Source: Candidatus Bathyarchaeum tardum
GTDB lineage: Archaea > Thermoproteota > Bathyarchaeia > Bathyarchaeales > Bathyarchaeaceae
DNA: 64,000 bases
Direction of reading: 5' to 3'
Assembly: GCA_024650005.2 (NCBI GenBank)
Contig: CP122380.1
Location: forward strand, 672,001 to 736,000
The notes under the pieces were generated by a model that saw only the letters and a program-made list of their open reading frames with translations, did not search any database and was not told the origin of the DNA. Position numbers and translations under genes: made by a program. Below, piece after piece: positions 31,701 to 40,791 of this stretch. Each line of letters begins with the position of its first letter. Position 1 is the first letter of the stretch.

Positions 31701-32308
31701 TGGACTTCATCTATTCTGCCCATGGCAGTTCGAATGGAAATTTCAGCGGCACGCAGTTTGTCTTCAGCTTCTGCTTTTTCTGCATCGTATTGGGCAATGC
31801 CTACTAGGTCTGCTATCATTTTTCTTCGATCTATTGCAGAAATTTCAGCGATTCGGGCGATGATTCCTTGCAAAACAACGTTATGGCCTGTGGAGCTGAT
31901 TCCAGCCATTGATAAAATGTTGACTATGTGGCTTCGGGAGATTCTTCTTCCGTTGAGGCGATAAAGGCTTTGACCTGCCCTGTTTAGTTCCCTAGAAATT
32001 GTTACTGTTTGGGTGTCAACGGGTAATCTGCCATCGGAATTGTCAAACTGTATTACAACTTTAGCTGTTTTGGCTTTTTTAACGTTCAAATCAGGGTAAC
32101 CGTGATAAACTAGTTTAGAAAGATTCGCAGCTCGCATTCTTCTGGCGCTGAGTTCCCCTAGCCCAAATAGCACTGCGTCTGCAATGTTTGTTTTTCCACT
32201 TCCGTTCGGTCCCGTTATTGCTGTGAAACCTTTGTCCAGTGTAACAGTTGCGGTTTTTGGACCGAAGGACTTGAAGCCTTTAAGCTCGATTTTCTTGATG
32301 TAAGGCAT
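28757..32308 (-). CDS. smc: Chromosome segregation protein SMC
   Basis: GFKSF, Walker A GPNGSGKT, coiled coils, hinge, Walker B FDEIDAHLD. Confidence 0.96.
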   Translation of the reverse strand: MPYIKKIELKGFKSFGPKTATVTLDKGFTAITGPNGSGKTNIADAVLFGLGELSARRMRAANLSKLVYHGYPDLNVKKAKTAKVVIQFDNSDGRLPVDTQTVTISRELNRAGQSLYRLNGRRISRSHIVNILSMAGISSTGHNVVLQGIIARIAEISAIDRRKMIADLVGIAQYDAEKAEAEDKLRAAEISIRTAMGRIDEVQQRVDNLERERNELLRYMFLQKEIKRFEAVKIFGDIMEVQKKIDEVTSKIESVSSKVEDSRELRDKLRSQRYDVESEWRKLGSEMIEQRGSRLLEVQYKIGEARSRISELSTKIGAGTASVDGLKKVMESNEQKLGSMQSEVTDNRSEIRKLKREQERFLKEIAEKQAQYDEISNQASKLRASLGENNKNIREIEQKLENYTQEIVNRRSDVIQSRTSLKVLTRQLNELVKRKATFESNLDMLKKSFADLRAVKSDQEKQAVHLEKSLEKRFALHESTKIEMAQAEKIAESAREAVVEFAAQREMAEKVATEETALRNIEELSDLGAIKGVYGRLKKLIKVEKGYKRAIEATAAGWLDAMVVQNYDAAFTCAETLKRMKLGRIKIIPIDEMAQINSINSPRLRGIEGTAADFVRSSKRYDPAVRFVFGDTLVTDDQKIAIAASRNGSRTVTRNGDLYEPQGGFESGYYRAPVDYSSIIPSKNAVKSLDEAVAALRLHLSKRESEINNFEEDIENIRKEMASLAETIVTLDGEIGRVRQNVKGTRQNVRRIEKHLSRIKEKREEEKNKLGEVRLQRNQLNKEIENLREKLNDLRRKTDTSQIQEMEIQREKIGEELITSRQQMGSVETKLATLDSTFGNVLKVSADNIRIQQRKIKQQIATVENEVDAAIKEKVSLEKEVVELENSKEELSRTVLNAKEESKKYTVQLDDLDKKLRELDSIYERSDRLYNQLQFTLQTNQMKLEQLNARLDELGHDEPMPISQKQLETAEKALRQLRLELSRLGAVNQLSLDHYAEQASRYKELSVRMNELEKEKQSILAFMEEIEKKKRKVFMEAFEKIDSSFSKYFEKLTGGGTASLVLENPEDPFAGGMDMQVQFRNKASILVSGASSGERSVSAVAFIFALQDFMPTAFYVFDEIDAHLDAFHVSRLGDLFVELSDKSQFVAITLKPEMVSKAKKVWGIYERSGYSHVVSAKIKEVTA

Positions 32309-32450
32309 CTTTCTTTAGTTCGCCCTCGGTTTTTGCATATACGGGAATTACCCTGTTTTAATTCACAAGTTCTCTGTAATACCTTCTATAAATAAGCTAT
32401 GTTTTAAAAATTTGATTAAACTAACTGATACAAAAGTTTAGACAACCCGA

Positions 32451-32996
32451 TTAGCCTTTTCTGGACGCCTGAAACTGCTTCGCCATGGCTTTAACAAAAC
32501 TTTTCACGTTTTTTTCATCTCCAAAAACAAGTATGTCACCGTTTTCTTCAACCTTAACTGACACTTCAACATTTTCTGAAAGTTTTTGCACATTTTCAAA
32601 TCGCAATTCATCTGTCGGTTTTATTCGAATCCATTTTTTATCTCGAGAAACTTTTGGTCCAACTATAATTTCCCTCGATTTTGTACAGTTTCTTTTTTCA
32701 GGTTGATTTATTCTTTTTAACCAATCTTGAACCATTTTTGGTCCTTTTTTTTCTGCAACAAAAACCGCATAGGCTTCAACATTCTTCAGATACACTTCAA
32801 CCCGAGAGAGGCTTTCCATGTGGTTTGGATCACGTTTCAAAACTTGAATTATGGTTTTTGCTGAACGCAAATCATTCATAACCTTTGACGGAATTTTTTC
32901 TCCCATCTTTTGGATTTCAATAAGTAAATCTGACAATGTTTTCCATTTATCTTCATAACTCATTGTATTCATCCCAATTAAAATTAGGTTCTCCAA
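32451..32996 (-). CDS. DUF2096 family archaeal protein
   Basis: YEDKWKTLSDLLIEI...DLRSAKTII pattern. Confidence 0.65.
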   Translation of the reverse strand: MENLILIGMNTMSYEDKWKTLSDLLIEIQKMGEKIPSKVMNDLRSAKTIIQVLKRDPNHMESLSRVEVYLKNVEAYAVFVAEKKGPKMVQDWLKRINQPEKRNCTKSREIIVGPKVSRDKKWIRIKPTDELRFENVQKLSENVEVSVKVEENGDILVFGDEKNVKSFVKAMAKQFQASRKG

Positions 32997-33068
32997 CTTT
33001 TCTACTGGCTAAAAAGTAATTAAGACCTTTGATGGTCTGAATAATATTGAAAAATGTTCTAAAAAAGA

Positions 33069-33521
33069 TCATTCGTTGTTTTCTAGTTGCCGTGCCCTTG
33101 TTTTTATCCAATCTGTAACTTTGCTTTCTGTCATCTGGTCTTCTTGAAGTTGTTTTTCCAGTTTTTCTCTTATAAGGGTCAACAATTTTGCAGGTTTTAC
33201 TGGTTTTGTTACGTACGCGTCTGCTCCAAAGTTTAAGGCTTCAATTGAGTTTTCAAGACTGGGGTAGCCTGTGACCATAATTTTTACCGTTTTTGGTGTG
33301 GATTCATGAACTTTAGTAAGTAATTGGGTGCCTTCAATGTCAGGTAGCTTGATGTCTAATAATGCCAGATTGTAAAATTTTTGTTTTATTTTTTGTTCAG
33401 CTTCTTTTCCTGTTTCTGCAACGTCAGTTTCGTATCCGTTTTGTTGAAGGATGCTTTGGATAGTTTCCCGTATGTTTTTATCGTCTTCAACTATGAGTAT
33501 TTTTTGCTTTTGATCTGTCAC
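33069..33521 (-). CDS. Stand-alone response regulator receiver protein
   Basis: VEDD, LLDIKLP (phospho-Asp), TG and KP motifs. Confidence 0.9.
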   Translation of the reverse strand: MTDQKQKILIVEDDKNIRETIQSILQQNGYETDVAETGKEAEQKIKQKFYNLALLDIKLPDIEGTQLLTKVHESTPKTVKIMVTGYPSLENSIEALNFGADAYVTKPVKPAKLLTLIREKLEKQLQEDQMTESKVTDWIKTRARQLENNE

Positions 33522-33606
33522 ATTTTCACCTCCATTGTTATGTCAGTTTCTTTTAACGCCAGAACTTGGTCATTGACATTAATAGAAAAAACTAATAACT
33601 GCAACA

Positions 33607-33939
33607 TCAATTCTCTCTCCTTGCATATTTTATGTAATCTGCAAATTTATAACCTTTTTTTTCTTCATAATTTATTCCTAGTTCAGAATACAAATTCTTG
33701 AGAATATGTTTTTCGATTATGGTTGATGCAGACATCATCAACTTGGCTAAATTGTCTGAAAAAACTTCGGGTTTGTTAGCTATCTCTTCCAATTTAAGTT
33801 GAGCCTGTTTTTCCAAAAAATCATAGATAACTTTTGTTCCCTCTTTTTTGAAAACTTGTTTCAGTGAATCATCTACGATGTCGGCAAAGAAAATGTTCCA
33901 GTCTTTCTGACCTTTTCCAGCGTCAAACCTGTTGCTCAA
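33607..33939 (-). CDS. Small helical archaeal signalling-associated protein (DUF3227-like)
   Basis: 110 aa with IANKPEVFSDNLAKL...IIEKHILKNLY pattern; upstream of the receiver gene on the same strand. Confidence 0.55.
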   Translation of the reverse strand: MSNRFDAGKGQKDWNIFFADIVDDSLKQVFKKEGTKVIYDFLEKQAQLKLEEIANKPEVFSDNLAKLMMSASTIIEKHILKNLYSELGINYEEKKGYKFADYIKYARREN

Positions 33940-34148
33940 TTTTGGTTGACTTCCCGCTTTTACTTCTACTTACAATTGAGTTTTAGTATTGCATTTAAGT
34001 CATATGGATGGATAATATGTATTGCTATAAATTTTCTATTCATATTCAGAATCAAAACATTATAGAAATCCTGTTTTTCTAACTTTGATTTAGTTAATTG
34101 AACCCTTTTTCAAAAGTAATGGAATACTAAACGAATAATGTTTGCTAA

Positions 34149-35720
34149 ATGAGTAATTCCTTTTGTTGCCTTTTTGAAATAGTTTTTATTAGAGCCCTTG
34201 CTTTCTTTCCCTCTATTATTGGTAACGATCTAGAGATGACTCAAATGAACCGCAAAACTGAAGTGATGGTAATCGGAGCTGGCGTCATTGGCTGTGCTAT
34301 CGCAAGAGAATTATCCAAATACAATATTAACACAGTTTTACTCGAGAAAGAAACTGACGTTGGTTCAGGAGTCAGTAAAGGCAACAGTGGGGTTTTGCAT
34401 ACCGGTCTCTATTATCCAAAAGGCAGTTTAAAAGCCAAGTTATGTGTTGAAGGGCGATTAATGTTTCCTGAATTAGCAAAGCAACTTGATGTACCCTATA
34501 ATTTGTGTGGAAAACATGTAGTTGCTCGAACCGAAGAAGAACTCGATGATTTAGACGACCTAAAAGCAGTGGGCGAAGGCAATGGAGTCAAAGGGTTAAC
34601 CATAATATCTGGAGAAGAACTGAAAAAACGGGAACCTAAAATGGATGGGCTTTACGCTTTGTATTCTCCTGTGGCTGGAATTTTTGCTCCTTACCTTTTT
34701 GCTATTGCATTGGCAGAAAATGCCCTGAACAATGGTGTGAAAGTCCATGTTAATACCGAAGTTATGGCAATTAAGCAGTTAAACAACGGTTTTGAAGTAA
34801 CAACTAACAAAGGTGTTTTCCAAACTGACATTATTGTTAACAGTGCGGGTCTTTATGCTGATAAAGTCTCTGCGATGGTTGGTTTAGATAATTACAAACT
34901 GTATCCCTGTCGGGGCGAGTATCTGATTCTGGACAAGAAATGCAACGGATTAATCAACAGCATGATATATCCCGTGCCGCCCAAAGTTGCTGGAGTTTTG
35001 GGAGTTCATCTTACCCCTACGCCTTCTGGAAACATCTTGATTGGACCTAGCGCTGAATTCATTGACTCACGGGAAGATTCAAGAACAACCAAAGAAAAAG
35101 CTCAGCAACTAATTGAAGGTGCAAAGGATTTGCTTCCTTCTATTCCTCTTAATGAGATAATTTATGGGTTTTCTGCTGTGCGGTCTAAAATTACTCCCCC
35201 TGAAGAGAAAACTTCTCGTGATTTCATCATTCAGGAAGACCTTGAAAACTTAATTAACATGATTGGAATGGAGTCACCTGGGCTGACATCTTCTCCTGCT
35301 ATCGCCAAAATGATAGTTGAGATGATTAACCAAAAAATGGACCTGAAACAAAAAGCTGATTTTAATCCTATCCGAAAAAGAATTATGCCTTTCCATGAAG
35401 CTTCACGTGCTGAACAGGCTACTTTAATCAAAAATGACCCAGCCTATGGTGAAATAGTTTGCAGATGTGAACATGTTTCCAAACGGGAAGTTTTGGATGC
35501 CCTAAATAACCCAATTTCTGACAAAACATTAGCTGCCGTGAAATACCGAACCCGTGCAGGAATGGGTCGATGCCATGGAGGTTTTTGTTTACCCCGAATC
35601 GTGCAACTTCTTAAAGAGGAGTATGGTTTGCGTCCTGAAGAAATCAAACTGAAAAATTTGGATTCTACAATGTTTATAGGAAAAACCAAAGACCTACGGG
35701 AGACCGCAAAAGATGAGTAA
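34149..35720 (+). CDS. FAD-dependent oxidoreductase, GlpA/LhgO-like, with C-terminal BFD-like [2Fe-2S] domain
   Basis: GAGVIG, SKGNSGVLH, ESPGLTSSPAIA and CRCE...GRCHGGFC motifs; the true start is probably 34237 or 34246. Confidence 0.85.
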   Translation: MSNSFCCLFEIVFIRALAFFPSIIGNDLEMTQMNRKTEVMVIGAGVIGCAIARELSKYNINTVLLEKETDVGSGVSKGNSGVLHTGLYYPKGSLKAKLCVEGRLMFPELAKQLDVPYNLCGKHVVARTEEELDDLDDLKAVGEGNGVKGLTIISGEELKKREPKMDGLYALYSPVAGIFAPYLFAIALAENALNNGVKVHVNTEVMAIKQLNNGFEVTTNKGVFQTDIIVNSAGLYADKVSAMVGLDNYKLYPCRGEYLILDKKCNGLINSMIYPVPPKVAGVLGVHLTPTPSGNILIGPSAEFIDSREDSRTTKEKAQQLIEGAKDLLPSIPLNEIIYGFSAVRSKITPPEEKTSRDFIIQEDLENLINMIGMESPGLTSSPAIAKMIVEMINQKMDLKQKADFNPIRKRIMPFHEASRAEQATLIKNDPAYGEIVCRCEHVSKREVLDALNNPISDKTLAAVKYRTRAGMGRCHGGFCLPRIVQLLKEEYGLRPEEIKLKNLDSTMFIGKTKDLRETAKDE

Positions 35721-36966
35721 CATTGATTCTCGAAACGTAGATCTGGTTGTAATAGGGGGCGGTCCTGCTGGTCTTGCAGCTGCTATCAGTGCCAAGAAAA
35801 ACGGTATTAACGATTTGGTTATCGTTGAACGTAATGATTGGCTGGGGGGGATTCTTCCTCAGTGTATTCATGATGGGTTTGGTCTTGAGATATTCGACGA
35901 GCACTTAACCGGACCTGAGTACGCTCAACGTTACATTGACGAAGCTAAAGAGCTGCAAATTCCATGTATGCTTAATTGTATGGTTCTTGAAATCACGCCT
36001 GAAAAACAGGTGTTCGTTGCTAGTCCCAAGGGTTTGATTTGTTTTAATGCCAAAGCGGTAATTCTATCCATGGGTTGCCGAGAACGTACCCGTGGTCAGA
36101 TTTGTATTCCGGGGACTCGTCCTGCAGGGGTTTATACTGCAGGGATTGCCCAGAATCTGATTAACTTGAAGAACGTGATGGTAGGTAAAAACGTAGTTAT
36201 TCTGGGTTCCGGAGACATTGGTTTGATAATGGCTCGCCGCCTAACATTGGAGGGGGCTAATGTTCACGCTGTGGTTGAAATTTTGTCCCATACTAATGGT
36301 CTGCCCCGAAACATTCAGCAATGCCTAATTGATTACAGAATTCCTCTTATGTTGTCTCATACGGTTACTGAAATTCATGGGCAAAACAGGGTAGAATCAG
36401 TTACAATCTCAGAAGTTGACGAGAACCTAAAAACCATCAAAGGAACCGAAAAAACAATCGAATGCGACACCCTTCTTTTATCTGTGGGCTTGATTCCAGA
36501 AAACGACTTGTCAACAACTTGCGGTGTACAACTAAATCCAGTAACCCGAGGCGCAATAGTTAATGAAAACCTAGAAACGACTGTTCCCGGAGTTTTTGCC
36601 TGTGGAAACGTTTTGCACGTTCACGACGTTGTAGACTTTGTTACAATGGAATCTGAACAGGCAGGCAAAAGCGCTGCAGAATATGTTCTTGGCAACCAAA
36701 AACAATTACAACGAATCACTGTCCACGCAGGTAACGGAGTGTGCTATGTTTTGCCCAACTGCATATCCAAGAATTCTGACGTCGAGTTGCTGTTTCGAGT
36801 CTTGTGCCCAACACAGGATGCATCTATCGGGTTTTTTGATGGGAAAAAATTGGTGAAAACTAAAAAGTTTAGAAAGGTTCATCCTGCTCAGATGATAAAA
36901 GTAAAACTTAGCAAAACTGAAACATCGGATATTTCTGGATTAAGAGTAGAGGTGCTACAAAAATGA
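35713..36966 (+). CDS. Pyridine nucleotide-disulfide family oxidoreductase (partner subunit)
   Basis: GGGPAG, PQCIHDGFG, GCRER and GSGDIGLIMARR motifs. Confidence 0.85.
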   Translation: MSNIDSRNVDLVVIGGGPAGLAAAISAKKNGINDLVIVERNDWLGGILPQCIHDGFGLEIFDEHLTGPEYAQRYIDEAKELQIPCMLNCMVLEITPEKQVFVASPKGLICFNAKAVILSMGCRERTRGQICIPGTRPAGVYTAGIAQNLINLKNVMVGKNVVILGSGDIGLIMARRLTLEGANVHAVVEILSHTNGLPRNIQQCLIDYRIPLMLSHTVTEIHGQNRVESVTISEVDENLKTIKGTEKTIECDTLLLSVGLIPENDLSTTCGVQLNPVTRGAIVNENLETTVPGVFACGNVLHVHDVVDFVTMESEQAGKSAAEYVLGNQKQLQRITVHAGNGVCYVLPNCISKNSDVELLFRVLCPTQDASIGFFDGKKLVKTKKFRKVHPAQMIKVKLSKTETSDISGLRVEVLQK

Positions 36967-37328
36967 AAACCGAAATGATTTGCATTGGATGTCCTATGGG
37001 CTGTTACCTCACTGTGGACTGTGACGGAAAAACAATAAAAAATGTGGAAGGAAACCGCTGCCAAGTCGGATTGGATTATGCAGAAAAAGAAATTTCCAAC
37101 CCAGAACGGACGTTAACCTCTACTGTGAAAGTAAAAAACGGTCATTTACCCCTTGTAAGTGTGCGAACTAACAAACCAATACCAAAGGACAGGCTTTTTG
37201 ATGTTATGGACTTACTGGCAAAAGTTGAAGTAGAAGCTCCAGTGAAAATTGGAGACGAAATTGTTCCTAACGTTTTCGATACAGGTATTAATATAGTGGC
37301 TACAAAAAATATCTCTATACAAAAATAA
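36963..37328 (+). CDS. DUF1667 CxxC small subunit
   Basis: CIGCPMGC...GNRC; third gene of the conserved triad. Confidence 0.85.
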   Translation: MKTEMICIGCPMGCYLTVDCDGKTIKNVEGNRCQVGLDYAEKEISNPERTLTSTVKVKNGHLPLVSVRTNKPIPKDRLFDVMDLLAKVEVEAPVKIGDEIVPNVFDTGINIVATKNISIQK

Positions 37329-37463
37329 GCTGGCAAAGTGTTAGTTGGTAGAAAATCAGGTCTGTATGGTTTTTTTGGAATCCACAGTAAAAATTATTGT
37401 CTATGACTGTTTGTGTTGACTTTTCCGTCTTCAGTGATATTTTTTTCAAAAAATTTCTTTAAT

Positions 37464-37991
37464 TTAGTTTTTTGTCACAGTTGCTTTTTTGCTCCTGAGT
37501 AATTTTTTGCAAACTGTAACTGCTAGTGTCACGACTGCAAACAAGGGAAGAATTATCAATGATGAAAATTCTGGGACAGAATCGATGTTTTGTTCAATTA
37601 TCATTTTGTAGTAATCCACATTTCCTGTTAGAACATCCATGTAAAATGATCCAGTATTGTTATAGATGGTTAATATCCCCGTTGTTTCTTCTGTGCCATA
37701 AAGTTCTATTTGTTCAAACCATGGCTCACTGCCTTTAATTCCAGTTACTGGGAAAAGATATGCCAGAAAGGCTGTTCTTTCAGAACTGTTACCTGGTGCA
37801 ATCTCCCATTTAATTCTCCAATCAACATGATCAATAGTAAAGGATTTTGTGGATCCAATACCACCCGCTCCAGTTAATGTAGTAACTTCAACCCAATTTT
37901 CAGAAGAAGCAAAAACAACGTTGATGCTACAAAAAGCTACTTGGTTCAATATGATTAGAAAGAAAACATCAAATAATTTCGTTTTGTCCAT
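37464..37991 (-). CDS. PEF-CTERM-type surface protein
   Basis: Probable start MDKTK at 37991 (the track extends to 38078); signal peptide and C-terminal VPEF-TM-basic tail. Confidence 0.75.
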   Translation of the reverse strand: MDKTKLFDVFFLIILNQVAFCSINVVFASSENWVEVTTLTGAGGIGSTKSFTIDHVDWRIKWEIAPGNSSERTAFLAYLFPVTGIKGSEPWFEQIELYGTEETTGILTIYNNTGSFYMDVLTGNVDYYKMIIEQNIDSVPEFSSLIILPLFAVVTLAVTVCKKLLRSKKATVTKN

Positions 37992-38261
37992 GTTTTCAGC
38001 AACATGAATAACTATTGAGCTGACCCGTATAGCTCTCCCTGAAGAACAGAGTCGTTCTTGCAATGGAACGGTTTTCATTTAACAAAATGAATTATCGGAA
38101 TAAATTCAAGTGTTAAAACGTTCCTAGTGTGAGTTGGTAGCGGGGAGTAGCTTTACAAAACCGTTTGAACCACCGGTTTTGTTTCACATATTTTTGTCGA
38201 ATTCTAGTGATCCCTTTGGATGGCTGTCCGAGTTGGTGGCGTGATTTACTTATTAGTTTAG

Positions 38262-39288
38262 GGGTGTGCACAATTTTAAGTGTTCTTAAGTCATATTTTG
38301 TTTTATGGAAGCCTGTGAGGTTGTCAGGCTTTTCGTCAACAAAGCCATAGTTCCAGCCGAGCCTAAAAGACCAGGAAACCCTGGTTATGGACCAGTCAAG
38401 GCACTAAGAGTGCTAGTCTACGCTAGACTCAAAGGCTTGGACAATGACACGCGAGTAGTTGAACACCTCAAAAAACATCAATGGATCGCTAAAACGCTTG
38501 GATTAGGCAGCACCGTACCTGACAGAACTACTGTTGGCAGATGGTGGAGACGCTTCCTTGACATTTTGGAGCAGACTTTCCTAAAGATAACAGACATGCT
38601 TCAACTCGCTTGTCCAACAAAGATTGCAGTTGTTGACTCAACACCGCTGGTAGACTTGTACGATATAGAAGCAGGTTTGGGCATTACTAGCAGGGGAAAG
38701 TTTAGAGGCTTTAAGCTGCATGCCGTCGTTAACCAGTTTGGTTTGCCGCTAAGAGCGATAGTTACGAGGGGTAACCGTTATGATGGCCCATTTCTTCCAA
38801 GGCTGATACAGGATTTGGAGGCTGACTTTGTGTTGGCTGATGCTGGATACGACTCAAAGCAAAACATTAAAGCTGTCGTGGGGATAGCTGCTAAGCCAGT
38901 AATTGCTGATAATCCACGCAGAAAAGGGAAAAGCCGCAAAATTGAGCCCAGTGGACTGTTGAAGGCTAAGCGTTATCTTGTTGAGCAGTTTATTGGGCAT
39001 TTTAAAGCGAATGTTTTGAAGGGTTGTTGGGTGAGGCCTAGGGGTTTGGTGAAGAAGACGGCTATGGTTATGGCTGGATTGATAAGCTATGATGTGGAAG
39101 CGATCAAAGCGCTGATACTTGGCGAGAATAGCCTAAAGACGGTGAGCAAGTATTGGGCTTGACCCAACGACAAATGGTTATGGAGCCCTCATTAGACGCC
39201 AAATCAATGGTGCATCGCGGGTGCCAGCCCAGACTGCTCAAAGAATAACTTAGCAATAAAAACTATAAAAAGCGAATTGTGCACACCC
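38262..39288 (+). mobile_element. Insertion sequence, about 1.03 kb, with perfect 14-bp terminal inverted repeats
   Basis: GGGTGTGCACAATT (38262-38275) and AATTGTGCACACCC (39275-39288) flank a single transposase. The target duplication is ambiguous (possibly TA). Confidence 0.9.
38305..39162 (+). CDS. DDE transposase (DDE_Tnp_1; IS5/IS982-like)
   Basis: VPDRTTV, VDSTPL, FKLH, ADAGYDS and RYLVEQ motifs. Confidence 0.9.
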   Translation: MEACEVVRLFVNKAIVPAEPKRPGNPGYGPVKALRVLVYARLKGLDNDTRVVEHLKKHQWIAKTLGLGSTVPDRTTVGRWWRRFLDILEQTFLKITDMLQLACPTKIAVVDSTPLVDLYDIEAGLGITSRGKFRGFKLHAVVNQFGLPLRAIVTRGNRYDGPFLPRLIQDLEADFVLADAGYDSKQNIKAVVGIAAKPVIADNPRRKGKSRKIEPSGLLKAKRYLVEQFIGHFKANVLKGCWVRPRGLVKKTAMVMAGLISYDVEAIKALILGENSLKTVSKYWA

Positions 39289-40577
39289 TAATTAGTTCTT
39301 TTAACTCGACAAAATGCTTTCTTTTTTGTAATTACTGCAAAAGATGTGGCAACCAGAAACAATGGTAAAAAGAGCCATGAAGGAAACTCTGGAACATTAC
39401 CCATCTCATCGGTTTTAATCAACCAAAAGTCACTGTTTCCAGCTCCAAAAGACGTTGTGTAGCCTGCTATGGCGTATCCTCCATCAGACGTCTCAACCAA
39501 CGATTGAGCATATTCAGCTTCTGCTCCTCCGTATGTTTGGTTCCACTCCACATTCCCGTGAATATCGGTTTTAATCAACCAAAAGTCGCTGTTTCCAGCT
39601 CCAAAAGACGTTGTGTAGCCTGCTATGGCGTATCCTCCATCAGACGTCTCAACCAAAGAATAAGCCTTGTCAGGATTTGTTCCTCCATATGTTTGGTTCC
39701 ATTCCATATTTCCGTTTGCGTCAGTTTTAACTAACCAAAAGTCACTGTTTCCAGCTCCAAAAGACGTTGTGTAGCCTGCTATGGCGTATCCTCCATCAGA
39801 CGTCTCAACCAACGATTGAGCATATTCAGCTTCTGCTCCTCCGTATGTTTGGTTCCACTCCACATTCCCGTGAATATCGGTTTTAATCAACCAAAAGTCG
39901 CTGTTTCCAGCTCCAAAAGACTCTGTTTGACCAGCTATGGCGTATCCACCGTCAGATGTTTCAATCAAAGAATAAGCTACGTCCTTACTTGTTCCTCCAT
40001 ATGTTTGGTTCCACTGAATATATCCATTCGAGTCAGTCTTTATTAGCCAACAATCATCATCTCCAGCGCCAACAGGCGTTGTGTAGCCTGCTATGGCGTA
40101 TCCTCCATCAGACGTCTCAACCAAAGAATAAGCAGATTCAAAAGTTGCTGCTCCTCCATAGGTCCTTTGCCATTGCTCATTCCCAGTTGCATCCGTTTTA
40201 ATTAACCAAAAATCATCTAATCGAACAAGGAAGACATATGTGTGTCCTGCCATTGCGTATCCTCCATCAGAGGTTTCAATCAACGAACGAACATAGCCCG
40301 TCCCTGATCCCCCACCAGTCTTTGTCCACAGCATATTTCCATCTGCGTCAGTTTTAACTAACCAAAAGTCACTGTTTCCAGCTCCAAAAGACGTTGTGTA
40401 GCCTGCTATGGCGTATCCTCCATCAGACGTCTCAACCAAAGAATAAGCCTTGTCAGGATTTGTTCCTCCATATGTTTGGTTCCACATCAACGAAGATGCC
40501 GCAACCGAACTGATTAAAGAAAAACTAAACAAAACGAGAATTAGGATGCTTGAAAATAATAGTTGTTTACAAAGCAT
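39288..40577 (-). CDS. PEF-CTERM surface protein with 7 beta-propeller-like 52-aa repeats
   Basis: Signal peptide; 7 x WNQTYGG...SLVETSDGGYAIAG...DFWLxKTD; VPEFPS-TM-basic tail. Confidence 0.88.
   Translation of the reverse strand: MLCKQLLFSSILILVLFSFSLISSVAASSLMWNQTYGGTNPDKAYSLVETSDGGYAIAGYTTSFGAGNSDFWLVKTDADGNMLWTKTGGGSGTGYVRSLIETSDGGYAMAGHTYVFLVRLDDFWLIKTDATGNEQWQRTYGGAATFESAYSLVETSDGGYAIAGYTTPVGAGDDDCWLIKTDSNGYIQWNQTYGGTSKDVAYSLIETSDGGYAIAGQTESFGAGNSDFWLIKTDIHGNVEWNQTYGGAEAEYAQSLVETSDGGYAIAGYTTSFGAGNSDFWLVKTDANGNMEWNQTYGGTNPDKAYSLVETSDGGYAIAGYTTSFGAGNSDFWLIKTDIHGNVEWNQTYGGAEAEYAQSLVETSDGGYAIAGYTTSFGAGNSDFWLIKTDEMGNVPEFPSWLFLPLFLVATSFAVITKKKAFCRVKRTN
39421..39921. repeat. Intragenic near-identical tandem repeats (156-bp unit; 189-bp exact duplication at 312-bp offset)
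   Basis: 39421-39609 is identical to 39733-39921; further copies extend to about 40484. Confidence 0.85.
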
Positions 40578-40791
40578 TCATAATCTCCCTAAAACGATTC
40601 ATATATTTTCACTTAAGTATTTTTTCGTCAACAAACCTTGACATAAAGTCATTTATCGAGTCAAGAAAAGTTGATGAGACTATTCAATAGTTGAAATCTT
40701 CACTTGGTTATTTAATATCCATTTATCATTCTTGTGAACAACAAAGGTGAAGTTTTTTTTTTTTAAAAAAAATCAAAAAAAGGGGAGGGGG

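Noticed and set aside
39412-40484. Repeats as a possible CRISPR array
   Set aside because: The 156-bp in-frame period lies inside a protein gene; there are no unique spacers and no cas genes.
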